A stretch of 64,000 bases of DNA from Tubiluchus corallicola (taxonomy: Eukaryota > Animalia > Priapulida): NCBI GenBank assembly GCA_030141605.1, contig JAQGDQ010000985.1, forward strand, positions 1 through 64,000, read 5' to 3'. Positions 16,541 to 30,940 of this stretch are shown here, in pieces. The position numbers were made by a program, and so were the translations under genes. Under the pieces are notes generated by a model. It was not told the origin of the DNA. It saw only the letters and a program-made list of their open reading frames with translations, and ran no database searches. Within the stretch, counting starts at the first letter, position 1. Every line of letters begins with the position of its first letter.

Positions 16541-17989
16541 ATCTCTTTTTGAGCTTGCCTTCTCGTCTTATACATACTGAAAGGCAAGGATTAGCAACCA
16601 AGCAAGCATAATGTAATTACAAACAATAATATTCAATGTTAAAAGCTCGTTTTTTTTATTTTTTTAGAATGTGTAGGCAAGATTTAGATCGTATGCAAAC
16701 AACAGTTAAACAACAATTAAATTATTACTCTGCATTGACCATTTATTTATAACTCAAATCAGCTGATTATTATACTGTAGTCAGCCGTCCAAATGCAATA
16801 AATATTTGCTGTATACACTTTCCCTTGAAAGATTTACACAGGTGACCTTGTCACTTATTTTGCTATTTTAAGTACTGGGTGACCCAGAAAAATATCAAAC
16901 GCAATGAATAAGTAAGGGCAAACAATTTTAGCCACTAAGATACTAAAAAGAGTAATTTTGTGTGCACATTAATCAGCTTCTACTACTAAAAATGCAAAGT
17001 CAAAAAGGAAAAAAGTTTCATGGGTACCAAATTAAAACAATTTAATCCACAAATCTCAGTTATTGCAAATTAACTTGCCTGTAGAACACAGTAAAAAGAA
17101 ACAAATTATGTTTCTGTAAATTCGAAACTGTATTAAGACTTTTCGTCAATGTTTATATGCGCCTTACGGCATTCTCCGTAAAACAATAAGTGCATGATTC
17201 ACAGTAGCCATTAACACCGTGCTCGTAGGTCTTACATGCGTACATCGACAAAAAACATTGGCTTCCTTCCTTTGCCAGTGATATACTGCAGCAACCTGAA
17301 AAATACTTTATAAAAGGCACAATGTGCCTCCCTTAACAGAGAAAGACTAAAAATTAAATGATAAACATATAAAGACTATCTGCAAGTCACAGAGAAGGGT
17401 TTCGAGGACCATATCGAAAAAATTGAATTTGATGACAAATAGCTTTAAAGAGAGGGAGAGCCTGTCCTGATCGGGCACTGTTACCACTAATTTATGTCTA
17501 ATTTATTGCAGCGAGAAAGTATGCATTACGCTTAAACCTTAGTGGGTATTGATTGATTTGCTCTTACCTGTGATTTTGCATTAATTGTGCTGTGAAAATA
17601 ATCCAGTCAAAAATAGTCATTAGAGAAACATAACGAACGATTTGTATAAATTGTGGTCACACTAATAATACACTTTATTAACAAATTTAACTGTTACACT
17701 TTACATTACGTTACAAGTTACAAATTATAACAAAAATAATCACATAATTCACAGCACTTTAAATAATTTCACATATAAGCTTATATAAAAAACAAGAAAA
17801 AGGGGACCACCTTTTGTGATACCTGCTGTTAGGTGGTCACCGATTAGCGGTGACACTTCCTTTTTATAGGCAAGGTTAACTAAACGCAGGGTTACACATG
17901 CTTGAAAGAAGCATACGATCTAAATAATATTGTAAGGCTACCACAGAAGCCAGGCTTGGTTTAAAACGGATTTTCCGACAATAACAGGT

Positions 17990-19000
17990 ATAAGTTTTGC
18001 AAAAAACGGCCGAAAAATGGCCATTTTTGGAGGTTTTTCGCCCCCCGTTCGTCCCGGTGGGCTCGATTCGAAAAATAAACCCCCAATGGCACGACACGAA
18101 TCTTATATATTCAACGGTAATTCAACGATGGGTGTAGTACGTGTACTTAGAATTCGCGAGAGGGCCACGGCGTCCCGTAACGGGCGTATTCCCGGTCCTA
18201 ACTCCCAATTTTTTCGAAATTTTGGCCAAACGGCCTGTAGAAAAAAACGAACGGCTTTTGGCAGGATAAAATGTGGTGAAAACAGGGTTTAGACAATCAC
18301 CCTGCGGAAAACCAGTGTTTGTGTAAAATTCCGAGTTAAACACACCATCACATCTTACTTGCATGAATAGCAGCATAGTGAAACCATGCAAAACATTTTG
18401 TACAAAGTTATATTGTGTGCTATGACAAACGTTATTAGACCCATCTATCAATAATCAATAATGTACAGGCATTCTACATTAGTTTTGCGTATTGCTTCTC
18501 AGATGATAATAAGCTAACAAATATAGCTTACATGTATAACACTGTAGAATGGATGGTGACAACAATGCCTGGAACAGCCGCGAAATTTCTCAAAGTCGAA
18601 AACAATGGGTGTTCCAAACAGCGTACAGCACGGGGGGGGGCAACACTCTCCCGTTTTGGGACATCTAGTGGACATCTCTCTCAAGGAAACCAACACTTTG
18701 AAGACGGTTTCGTCCTCCTTCTGAGTTTGTTTATATTTTATCAACATGCCCAAACAGTTGCACAAATCGAGTTTTTCTAGGGCTGCTTGTGTAGTTTTTA
18801 GCAAAATTCATGTGTATGGGTCCGGAAAAACGCCCACTACGGGAACTTACACCCACCGTTTCAAATCTCTAGAAATAAGAGGTACAAGTTTTTGCGAGAA
18901 ACGGGCGCAAATGGCCATTTTTGGAGATTTTTCGCCCCGTTCCTTCCGGTGACCCAATTCGAAAAAATAACCCCAAATAAGACCACACTAGATCGAGACA
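17990..19000. mobile_element. Composite repeat: two related ~100-bp GC-richer segments (17990-18085, 18880-18975) with a LINE RT fragment between them
   Basis: Shared AAGTTTTGC...AAATGGCCATTTTTGGAG.TTTTTCGCCCC...ATTCGAAAAA; minus-strand FYTNTGFPQGDCLNP (~18280-18340) is the RT QGD motif. Confidence 0.55.
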
Positions 19001-19476
19001 TTTCGTTCGATATTATATAGATCGCCGAAGATGTTGAAGTCATTTGAGCTGGGGTCTGTAGCCTCGTCGGTTATAAATACACATGACCATGGCTCATATA
19101 TCTTTCAGGTCATTCATAATCAACAAAAAATAATGATTTTATCTCATTTACTATAACTAGCTGCTATAAATAATTTTAGAAATTTTAGGCTCTCTTTTGA
19201 AAATCAATTCGTTCTTGACAAATTGTCGCGGACTGTAGCAAGTGTAAAACAGTCGCGATTTCAAACACTTGTCGAAGCCGCATTCATAGGTAGTTTTGAC
19301 CATGTAAAGGTAACATGGCACACGTGATCTTAAACTTGTACCTAATCTATTTTTAGTTATAATGCATATCGAATGTTATAAAAGCTTTCTGTCAAACTAA
19401 CTCATTGGTAATGTCTAGATACTGTGTCTTACCACAGTACCAAATTTCGTATTTCGTATTTCGAAAGATTTTGAAG

Positions 19477-19860
19477 TCTTCTTCTTCTTCTTCTTCACTG
19501 AATCAAACGTCCAGGGACATGATTCTGCCCACCTCTCTATGCCAGGACTCCCTACACGCTACAATGCCCCAAGTGGATTTGTTTCTAAGGATCAATGCTG
19601 AAGTGTTTAAATCTTTCTGTGCAAAATCTAAGTATGTTAACATTTGTCCTCCTGCAGGTTTTTTAGCAGGTTCTATGGCTTGTTGAAGAGCTAACTTCAC
19701 TGGAACGTCATCAGGTAGTCTAAGCATATGCCCAATCCATCTTAAACGTCGTCTTTTTATTTTTCTTGTCCAAGGTTCTTCTTTTGTTTTTCATATAGAT
19801 CTTTGTTTGAAATTTTCTTTGGACATCTAATACCCAAAATGTTTCTGTAATTTCGCCTTT
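19477..19860 (-). mobile_element. RTE-like LINE 3' fragment with (GAA)n tail
   Basis: RLRWIGHMLRLPDDVPVKLAL...W...ACRESW followed by TGA and a GAAGAAGAAG tail. Confidence 0.75.
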
Positions 19861-20495
19861 TTTTGAAGTCAGTAAGATGCCAATTTTATAAGTTTTTCGG
19901 GCGTTGCTAGGCAATCATGGTCACCATGGTAACCAAATTTTTCACTGCACAAGTATAAACCTGCCCGCTGTGAATGTTTACTTAGAAAAAGATGAGCAGT
20001 TCTTCTGATAAGAGTGCCTTTTACCCTCAGTCCACATTGCGCTACATTGTTTTTATATGATTACTTACTAGGCATCCTGTCACGAAAGCTTAAACTACCA
20101 TGCATGTTTACACAGGCCAAATAAGCTATATAGAGAGAGGCGAAATAAGAGTAGCTAATTGTGCATAATGGCATATAACACAAACAGAACTTTTAACTTG
20201 CTATTTAAATAACTGCACAAATTCATTTTTCATTCAATTTCGAGTGCTTATGAAAGTCGTTCGTTTTACTTTGATTTTATAAGCAAAATGGCGTCTTCTG
20301 TCACCCCTTTCTTCAGTTAGCTAAGTCGACCTTGTGTACCTCGTGTCCTTTATGTGTAAATAAGGACATGAAAAAGATAAGTTTAGATAACTCATTTTCG
20401 CCAAATTATCTCTGCAAGTATTTGGTAGTCATCGCATTATAAATTTATGTTACTGTCATATACTTCGCTCTATACGTCAACATAGGAAACAAAGA

Positions 20496-23400
20496 ATGTC
20501 TGAAGAAATAGAGTGTGACGGGGATTACAGCTTTCAGGCTGAGAAGCCACTACATTTGCTGTCATCTTACGTGTTCCATGGAGTGCATTTTCCACATCCA
20601 GGTCTGTTGACTGCGAGCGGCTTTGCGACCATTGGAAAACCCGAAACAATCTACAATTTGGAATGCAGAGACGACGACATATTCGTTAGCAGTTATCCCA
20701 AGTCTGGTGAGTCGTAACGATTGGTATTTTTGCTCCTGAAAAGCAAACTGTCTATATCTTGAATTCATTAACAAATGTCGTGACGCTTACGATTTCTTTA
20801 TCTTATTTTTTATTAGTTCTTAATTATGATCATTAGTCATATTATTACATTCTCTTGTTAAAACATTAAAAATCCTACACAAGAAATTTCAGCTATAAAA
20901 TAAGTCTATTTCTTTACATACAGTCTGAACTTTCATCCTTGAACTAGTATGCATAACATTTACCTTCATTGAATTGCTGGCTTCCTTGCTTCACGGAAAA
21001 AACTTACCTGGGCAGTTGGCTTTCAGAGATCACTGAGTAAGCATGTGACTTAAACTGAGAGAGCAATGTATAGTGCTGTTAATGATTTATATAAATAAAG
21101 CTCACCTGTATTCTACTTGAATTCTACCTGTATGCTAGTGTGTTAGCAATTACCTTCAGAACTTCTTCATAACAAATCGGTTTTCAATATAATTATTATT
21201 TTATTAGTAGGTTATCGTAATACGTACAAGCCTCTTTTGGAATGTAATTTCATGCTACGCAGAGTAAAGTAGTGTAAATGAGTATAATGTACAGCTTTAG
21301 AATGGTTTAAAAAGCAACGCACTTTTTATAAGCCAAGGCGTTTCTTCAGATCGGCCATATATTTCAACGAAATTATTCCAAATCGAAATCAAATCAAAAG
21401 GAATTTATTTAGTGGAAAAGATAAGTCCATAGAGCATTTAACCAGCTAACATGACGTGCGTGTACTTTTGCGATTGCAAAATGTAAGCACTGCCTTGTAC
21501 GAGTGGTGTTTTATGCATTAACACACTCCATTGAATTCAGACAGCAAGACTTGGGACTAGTTCCCAAACTCCAGAACAAGGATTAATTAAAAATGCTAAC
21601 TGAATTTACTGTTGCTATGCCAACAGGATCAACTTGATGCCTTGGTGGCAACAGGCATGGCATATCTTCTTGCAGGTTATTTTTGTTAAGTGAGTCTTCT
21701 GGGGGCGCAAATGTTTACTGCGATAATATTAATACTGTCTTTACTGTTTCGTGTTGCACAACCACGAATGATAAATAATCGAAGTTCTCTTTCAGGAAAC
21801 ACTTGGACGAGAGAAATAGTTTATCGTATAGTGAAAGATCCAGATGTGAAGAAATTTGACACAAGAATACAAGATATACGATGCCCCGACCTTGAACTTT
21901 AGTGAGACATTTTGTATCTTGTCCCCTATTATTTTAATATTTTGGCTTGGTACATTATTGATGATGTTGGTAACCAGTTACTGCTACGTGAGTACATAGC
22001 ACTAATAAGTGTAGTGACACAGCAAAGAATCACAGTCACAAATATATATATATAAGTATAGTACCTTTAGTGTACTTTTTAGATCCAGATCTAATGCAAA
22101 ACGTCACACAGCTCAAACCTCACAAACTCTTGCTCGTTGACAGCCACTACCATAAACATACGAAAACAAGAAAAATAAGTGGACGTTTAGTAACGATAAG
22201 TCACTTATTCCAGAAAATATATCATTGTTATATTTACCTTCATGCAAAAAATCGTCTTGCAAAACACGAAAAAAGTGAACTTGATAGTTTCGTTTAAGAA
22301 TATGTGCATAATATGTCAAGGTTTTGTGTGAAAGATTAAATGTTGTTACCGCACGACCAAAATGTTGATCTTTCATGAAAAGTCTACCGCAACATAAAGC
22401 TTATTGTAAAAGTAAAATGTAGATCTTTTTACGTATATTTATGTTGCAACTAATTATTTTACAGTATCTTAGGACCAACGTTAAACCCAGACTAAACTTT
22501 GTAAATAGAAGTTTTATTTTGTACAGTAGAATCTGGTAACCTCTTGCTATGTGCACAAATCTAGAAATTTGAAGTTAATCCATTATATGCAACGCCAAAA
22601 GCTCAAACTTTGAATTGAGACCTTACTGTTAATTTGTAATTCCTAATTAAATTGATCTCAACAACGATAGCAACGATAACGACAGCCCATATCAGTGACG
22701 CCGTTTAGTAATAGACTAGTAGTATAGTTTAATTAACAAAAATTATCTTTTTTTGCATGGAGTGAAACATATTTCATCTATCTTATGTCTAAAAAAAGAT
22801 ACATTACGTTTTACATTACTATATACAACAAAATGAAAAAAATAAGCATCGAAAAAACACAAAAAACAAAATATGATTGTTTGTTAAATGTACAAATCGT
22901 GCGATATATAACATAGCAGTAACAACAAAATACGTCTATTCGTCTGTTTTTCTTTTATATACACTTATATACCTTTGTACTCATGGCTTTTAGTGAACTG
23001 GATGGAGGTGGGTGGAAAGGCCACGAGGCACCGCCACTCAAAGACTTTGAGTCTCCTCGAGTTATGAAGTGTCACTCTCCATGGAATTGTATGCCAAAAG
23101 AGTCAACCATGGAAAATAGTAAAAGCAAGGCAAGTTACTTTTGAAATTACTGCGTATGTATGATCAATCGTCAGTAAACAATGTTGGAGCAAGTTAAAGT
23201 TACAGCCAGATCAATAATGATGAGTAATTTTGGAAAACTTTACAGATAATCTATGTAAGTCGTAACTTTAAAGATGTGGCAGTATCTTTCTACTTTTACG
23301 CGCGAAGTTTGAAGATACCAGGAGAGGGAAACCTCGTTGAGGATGATGTGAAAACAATGACGCAACGTTTCATGAACCGCAAATGTGAGTATATGAAAAA

Positions 23401-26400
23401 GAAATAAAATTAATGTTAACTGCATTTTTGTAAAGCAACGCCCAATGTTCTGTTAGAAAAATACTGCTATTGATTGTTGTTTCTGAGTAGGTAATTTTTG
23501 GTAGGCACACGTTAACAATCTGTTATGGCGGAAAGAGCCGAGAAGCAACCATCAGACTGCTACTATAACAATTTGTTATGGAGGAAGTAAACTGACAAGC
23601 AACCATCAGACTGCTACTATAACAATTTGTTATGGAGGAAGTAAACTGACAAGCAACCATCAGACTGCTACTATAACAATTTGTTATGGAGGAAGTAAAC
23701 TGATAAGCAACCATCAGACTGCTACTATAACAATTTGTTATGGCGGAAGTAAACTGATAAGCAACCATCAGACTGCTGCTATAACAATTTGTTATGGAGG
23801 AAGTAAACTGATAAGCAACCATCAGACTGCTACTATAACAATTTGTTATGGAGGAAGTAAACTGACAAGCAACCATCAGACTGCTGCTATAACAATTTGT
23901 TATGACGGAAGTAAACTGATAAGCAACCATCAGACTGCTACTATAACAAATTGTTATGACGGAAGTAAACTGATAAGCAACCATCAGACTGCTACTATAA
24001 CAATTTGTTATGGAGGAAGTAAACTGATAAGCATCCATCAGACTGCTACTATAACAATTTGTTATGGAGGAAGTAAACTGATAAGCAACCATCAGACTGC
24101 TACTATAACAATTTGTTATGACGGAAGTAAACTGATAAGCAACCATCAGACTGCTACTATAACAATTTGTTATGGAGGAAATAAACTGATAAGCAACCAT
24201 CAGACTGCTACTATAACAATTTGTTATGGCGGAAGTAAACTGATAAGCAACCATCAGACTGCTACTATAACAATTTGTTATGGAGGAAGTAAACTGACAA
24301 GCAACCATCAGACTGCTACTATAACAATTTGTTATGGCGGAAGTAAACTGACAAGCAACCATCAGACTGCTACTATAACAATTTGTTATGGAGGAAGTAA
24401 ACTGATAAGCAACCATCAGACTGCTACTATAGCCTACTGTTTCAACTACTGTTGCCTACTTTGCACTTATTTATTTATTTTTGTTTTTATTTGGCAAAAA
24501 CAGTTTTACATAGCGAGCTGCATTTGATATCTACATTTTTTCAACTATTGTGAACCTCAATCCACAAAAAATGAATTGGCTACTTTTTTCTCGGCAGAAA
24601 TCATCTTGGTAGCAACTTGCTGAGCTTCCATGCTTTCACACAGCGAGTTGTCAGATTTACGAATCAATCTTTTATTTATGTATTTATTTGTTATTATTAT
24701 CACATTCAGTACAATATAATGACATTAAGCACACAGTGACATCAAAATTATTACATCTACTGTATTAAATTGTTATGTTTCATACACTATCGTTATCATA
24801 AAAGAATAATTGTACTGCAGTGGGCTAGAGAAGCAAAGCCCACTGTCATGTGAACCCGATAAAAAAATAATGGATGAGTGAACAAAAAAAAAGAACTGGG
24901 AGAAAGGTTAGATCACACAGGAAGGGTAGAAGGATGTGTTAGTGGAAATGGTAGGAAGAAAGATAATAGATTGCGCTATGTTGACATATTTATTTTGTCA
25001 TTATTTTATTTTGCATTAACAATCCGAGATAAATTAGAAAATGTTTCTTTTTTTAGCCATATACGGAGGCTATGCATTCCATAACCTAGGATTTTGGGAG
25101 CAGAGACATAGAGATAATGTTTTGTTTATATTCTATGAAGACATGGTAAAGGTGAGCTACTCCAGAATTTTTTCAGTCCATTTGGAAACTTACTTCATTC
25201 ATTGGTTAAAATACATACAGATTTGCTTTGGGAGCCTACTATATAGGCCTACTATATACTCGATTATACAGGAAATTCTTCTATTGCTTTAAACTAAACT
25301 CTTAATGGCAGGATCCAGTTGCGGCTGTGAAGAAAGTGGCAAATTTCGTTGGACAAAAACTGACGGACGAGCAGATAATGAAAATCGTAGCTGAGACATC
25401 GTTTGACAAGATGAAAAATGACCCGTCCTGTAATTATGAGTTTCTTGCAGACGTGGGATTTCGACCTGAGGGTGGTACGCCATTCATGAGAAAAGGTACT
25501 ACACGTATAATGATTACAACGAGTATTGGTAGTCAATTTTAGCGTTCCCGATATTTTTAGAGAGTTTTTGTGTCAGAATTTTCATTGTTCTTTGAAATGG
25601 ATACAAAACACCAGTTTAATGTGTTGACCAAAAGTTTTTTATTCTGAAAGACAATTATTAACATTTAGTTTAACTTGCATTGAATGGAAGAAAATTAGTT
25701 GTATGATTAAATGTATTGCTATAACTAAGTATTGATATAAAAATTATGTAAACTATATTGAAATTAATTAACAATAACTTACGTTGTTAGAGCCTTTAAC
25801 AGTTACAAAGACAGGAATGAGAACTCCAAGTAGCCTTAAGAACAACAATGTCACAACAATGAATTCGTAAGAAATTCACAGTCATAATGCTCATCACAGT
25901 CAGAAAAATAGAGCAATGGCGGAGAGAACCAAAAGACGGGTAAAATGTCATAAAACTACTATAGCTATAGCTCACGAAAGGCCAAAATGCTAATGTATTC
26001 AAGGATATTAGGTGCTTCAATTTTAAAAGAGTGACTACTGTAAAAGGTAAAAAGCCTACTAAATAAACAGGTGGCAGCACCGTGGCAGTAATTGAGAACT
26101 AAATTAAAACCAAAAAGGGCCTATGCACCCACTACAGTTCTTAAATACATCTAACCTAAAAAATACACCACACACACGTTACTTTTTATCACCCATGAAC
26201 AAAATAACAGTACATGTATAGTGGAAATTACTCAATGTAGCTACTAGATAGATATCAAGCATCAGCTATCTATATGAAATTAGTTTCTGTTCAAACAAAA
26301 TTGATATCATCAACACATCTCATTCGTTGTTGGCATCCTTCTGTCTCGGAAGACAATGGAGTGTGCGTCAAGAGAATCAGTTATTGATCACATTGATGGA

Positions 26401-26905
26401 GCTGCAGCGCCTCTACACGTGGCCGTTGGTTCACTTGACCTTTGCCGCCCTCTAGCCGTTGGCTGCCTGTGCAGCTCCTCCGCCTAGTGTCGAAATACAG
26501 TGTGGGCATCCCGCAAGCCTACAGCACCTGGTATTCCTAGGCGGTCACCCATCCAAGTACTAACCAGGCTCTACGTTGCTTAACTTCGGTGATCAGACGA
26601 GAACCGGTGTTTCAAACGTGATTTGACTGTAGTACCGTGATCATGTAATTAGGTATTGATAATATCGTCAAAACCTCGCTCACTTTACACTTACATCATA
26701 TATATAGAATGACGTTTTATGTGAGCAACCTGATTTTCTTTTGCTTCTCTGACATTAATTTTGATTAAAACAACCATTTGTTAATTTTTTAGGAAAAGTT
26801 GGAAACTGGAAGGAACATTTTGATGACGAACTAAACAAAATGACGGACGATTTCATTCAGAAAAATTTCAAAGGAACAGGATTGACCTTTACTTACGAAT
26901 TATAG
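20496..26905 (+). CDS. Cytosolic sulfotransferase (SULT1-like), complete, 327 aa
   Basis: Exons 20496-20706, 21796-21901, 22994-23129 (GC donor), 23246-23384, 25057-25151, 25312-25495, 26793-26905 total 984 nt in frame. Motifs: RDDDIFVSSYPKSGNTW (5'-PSB), PRVMKCH (catalytic His), IIYVSRNFKDVAVS (3'-PB), FYEDM, FMRKGKVGNWK. Confidence 0.93.
23521..24431. repeat. 54-bp minisatellite (~17 copies) in SULT intron 4
   Basis: Unit ATAACAATTTGTTATGGAGGAAGTAAACTGATAAGCAACCATCAGACTGCTACT; copies highly homogeneous. Confidence 0.95.
24690..24986 (-). mobile_element. Dispersed repeat, probable LINE/SINE 3' end, copy 1
   Basis: Nearly identical to 27255-27561; A-rich/(TAA)n tail on the minus strand. Confidence 0.7.
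26326..26633 (-). mobile_element. SINE3 (5S-headed) copy 2, internally deleted, antisense in SULT intron 6
   Basis: Reverse complement gives the 5S head, the first ~105 nt of the body, a ~35-nt filler, then the same CCATTGTCTTCCGAGACAGAAGGATGCCAACAAC tail. Confidence 0.85.
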
Positions 26906-27254
26906 ACTTAACAGCTATGGTTATCATGCCCCCTGCTATTATATAAAGCCTAATTGCTTCAGAATATAACTTTACACAAGCAGATAGGTCTTCGCACCTT
27001 CCAAATTATCGTATAGAAACAACACATGAATATACAATTAACTGATATGTATCTGTTTTGCGGAAATATTACATTAAATGGCGCTTTTGTGGTAGTTCTG
27101 GTACTTTAGTTTCTTACTGTTGTATGTCTGAATCTTTGTCAGTTATGATTAGGACTAGTTCAGTTTGCAATAGTGAGCTAGTATCGTTATCTTTCAGACA
27201 GCTTTTACATAGGGCTGAATTCAGTTTCTAAGGCAATACTAACATTATTTTTTT

Positions 27255-27610
27255 ATTATTATTATCACATTCAGTACAATATAATGACATTAAGCACACA
27301 GTGACATCAAAATTATTACATCTACTGTATTAAATTCTTATGTTTCATACACTATCGTTATCATACAAGAATAATTGTACTACAGGGGGCTAGAGAAGCA
27401 AAGGCTTGTATAAGTCCACTGTCATGTGAACCCGATAAAAAAAGAATGGATGAGTGAACAAAAAAAAGAACTGGGAGAAAGGTTAGATCACACAGGAAGG
27501 GTAGAAGGATGTGTTAGTGGAAATGGTAGGAAGAAAGATAATAGGTTGCACTATGTTGACAGCATGGGTACAGGCAACCTGATGACATCATCCCCACCTG
27601 TTTATTGACA
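27255..27610 (-). mobile_element. Dispersed repeat, probable LINE/SINE 3' end, copy 2
   Basis: Near-identical to 24690-24986 but extends further and keeps a GCTTGTATAAG segment missing from copy 1. Confidence 0.7.
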
Positions 27611-29041
27611 TAATAGCGAAGTATAAAATATCGGAAGTTTTAAGGAATTTAAAAATAGGAAATCGTTAACCGGTAAAAAACAGCTAACATAATTCCGACT
27701 TTTCTCATTGACTAATTTTGAAAAAGAAAGATACGATCAGCACGCCGTGTAGGAACCAGACAATCCAAGTCAACGGGACTAGACAGATGCGAATTTTCCG
27801 CAGCCGAACTATTAGCTTGATTGAAATTACATTGACTATAATTACAATAAACTATTCTTTAAGTTTCTTATCAAATTTAATTATTTGTGGTTTGTAACAT
27901 CATCTATATCATATGTACTTTTCCTGCAAAAGACAGAGATTTGAAGCTAGGCGCTAGATGCTGCAAGTTGTATCGTCAGCATAAACGGATTCAATGATCA
28001 ATTCATATCTGCATCAGTAAAAAGTTTAAAACTAAGTTACGTAATAGCTGATTTATAATAAACAGCCCCTTATTTTACTATTTTTAAATAGATATAGAAC
28101 ATACATATATAAATCAGTTAAAATGTGTATGTACGTCATGGTTACCATTACATAAAATGCAAAAATAACTCCAATAATGGCCAATTTACATATGATTATC
28201 ATATTATCATTTTACAGTATTTTAATTCATGGTTTTAATTTAAGAATGTCATTATTTATGAAGTAAATGTTGTTCATATAGCCGAATACATTAATGTATT
28301 AACATGGACATCTTAATTAACTAGAGATAGAAAAAGCAGCGAGAGCCAATTAAAATAAAGTAAAATCTTAACCTCTCTTAATTCGTCGTTTGAAATGTAG
28401 GAAGGGAAAGCTTATAATAAAAAGATTAGTTATTATAATGCATGTAAAACTTTTTTATAACAAGACTTGCCTATAAATTACCAAACTTGTACAAATGGAA
28501 CTTTGGCTACTCCAGCACTTTAACAGCAGGTGCTTTTCTTGAAAGTTTGACTACAGCTACAGTAGGAAACGTTGCACGAGTGAGCCGGACTGATGTAAGC
28601 CAACGTAAAATTAGACCAGACGACTTAGTCTATGGGTAACGCGTCCGCTTTCCGTCTGTTAGGTTCTGAGTTCGCTTAATTCGCTAAAAAATTAATTACC
28701 GGTTAATTAATTAATAGACGACTTGCTACGTCTTTATAACCAGATACTACTCGTAATCAATGCCTCGTTAAGATAAATTGACATGTCTATCTCGTTATAA
28801 TGAAGTAGCTATAATTAAATGTCTCATTATAACGACGTAGCTAATTAACTATGTCATTACAAAATGGTAAAATGTATGTTACCATTTTGTAAAATGAAAT
28901 TTTAATATAATACTTTGTTCTAAAGTATAAATTTGTTGGAGACGTAATTGCAATTCTAAAATTCGTTGTATACTAAACTTTGTAAAATAACTTAACATAA
29001 CATAATATAATTGTAATATTTAACCACTGTAAGTACCGTTT

Positions 29042-29073
29042 ACTATTATTAATATTATTATTATTACTATTAC

Positions 29074-29163
<90 letters not shown>
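29042..29163. repeat. (TAT)n microsatellite
   Basis: Direct inspection. Confidence 0.95.
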
Positions 29164-29908
29164 TGTGTTTTTGTTTATTGTGTTGCCGAGTATACCCCAT
29201 GTACGGGGGTTTGTCTGTGTAGTTTTTTCTACATTGTAAATGTACTGCATTGTTCATATAATGTTTTGTAACTTGTAATTACAATTGTAATTGTATGGCT
29301 TGTAAATCATCAATAAAAAAACCTTATAATGACATGATACATTACTAAGAAGGTTATTCCTAGAGTTAGCATTATTCTGTTGTAATAAAATTGTCGTAGC
29401 CAATAAACAAATGCTAGGAAACTTACCGACATTTACAACTTGCATTAGGTGTAGAAGTGTTGTGTTCATTTGTGCATCAAATTGTCATTAAAAGATGAGC
29501 AAAAAGAGAAGTACGTGATATGTCATTATGACCACGTCAAGGAGATGCATGCTGTGCGTCTAGACACGGTATTTTCAAACCTCTCTTCGTGGTATATAAT
29601 CCGCGAGCCAGACCCTCACCTGTATCATTCAGAGGGAGGCGGCGAATTCTCCCAGATGCATTTTGAAAGGGTACATATCTCTGGTTGTCAAAAACGCATA
29701 ATAGGCCTTCCTACGGCACAGCCCTGTGGGTGGTACTGGCCCATTTGTGGGTCCACCTTCGAAAGACTATGCTTGTGCAAACTTGCGCATGCGTTCTGTA
29801 GTTTTTTCCCATTGTGGTCTCTTTCTCGGGACCTATTTCAATATCCATTAAAGTTTTGCTTTTTTCTTCCGTCAAGGTTTTGTCTCAACGGTCTACGTGA
29901 AGCAGTGT

Positions 29909-30286
29909 TATAAGTCTTTTCACAGTTTCGTTGAGCGCACGAGCAGTTCCTGTAAGTCAAAGGTTAAGTGTAGTAAGCAACGCGTCTTAACTACAACCGT
30001 CACGTGACATGTGTGTAAAGCAAAACCGTCTGGCGCACCAGTTCATTAACTCAATTGTTTTGCGTGGACTTTACTGAATAGTACATTAGTTTGTGTATAG
30101 AGTGCTTTATTTGTAAGATCTTGCTTGGGAACAAGAAAAAATGAACTAGGTAAGGTTCTAGCTAGCTGTTGAAACTGTTACTATTACAATAGCATGGGCG
30201 TTGTACACAAATGCGTTGTTCGGTACACTTAACTTTTGACCTTTTCACGGCCATCATTAATCGCTGGAACTATGAAAAGGCTTATT
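29909..30286. mobile_element. MITE family 1, copy 2
   Basis: TIRs ATAAGTCTTTTCACA / TATGAAAAGGCTTATT; internal homology to 3553-3909, e.g. TGGGAACAAGAAAAAAT.AACTAGGTAAGGTTCTAGCTAGC. Confidence 0.75.
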
Positions 30287-30940
30287 GCTGTATGAGAGAA
30301 ATGTCATAATGGGATACTGGAAGTACTCCTCAAGAGGCTCTGGAAGGCTGACAAAAAGAGCAAAACTTTCTATATTATTTTACAGTATTACAACAGTAAG
30401 ATGTGTAATGTTTATCATGTTTTTCAATGTTATGACTCATATCTCTGCTTGTGTTTTAAATTAAGAGGACCTACCAATAAACTTTGGCAGTAAACTTTCC
30501 AGGCTGTTAAAATTTTAAATTACAGTTTAATGTAAATGTAAGATGAATGATATTGGTGTAAATAATTCATGTAAAGCACTTCAGTTGCATGGTAAGTTAA
30601 TAAAGGATATTTTTGTTTATGAGATCATTGTTTGCAAAATGATTCTTAACATATGACTCGCTGTGTCAACTAACATGGATATTACACTGCACTCCGTTTC
30701 TGTCTGCACATCCAAGTTTTCTGGCAAACGTTCTGAAACTCTGTGAACGAAGGTGGAAATTTCATGAAGCTGTGCTCTGTGTTCCACCACATTGCTTTCT
30801 TTCTCTCGACTTTGCATCCTGCATTCCAGACAGCACCCACGAGATCACGTACCGGCTGAGGTAATCGATTGTGGTAAGTCACTTGTAGTCCTGAGTAGAC
30901 ACATTTATATTTTCTTCTGGTATTTAATTATCCATGTTTG

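Noticed and set aside
23523-24416. 297-aa minus-strand ORF with an 18-aa repeat
   Set aside because: It is the 54-bp minisatellite read in a stop-free frame, antisense inside a SULT intron, with no unique flanking coding sequence.
28617-28685. tRNA-like segment with A/B-box resemblance
   Set aside because: No convincing cloverleaf; at most a decayed tRNA-SINE head.
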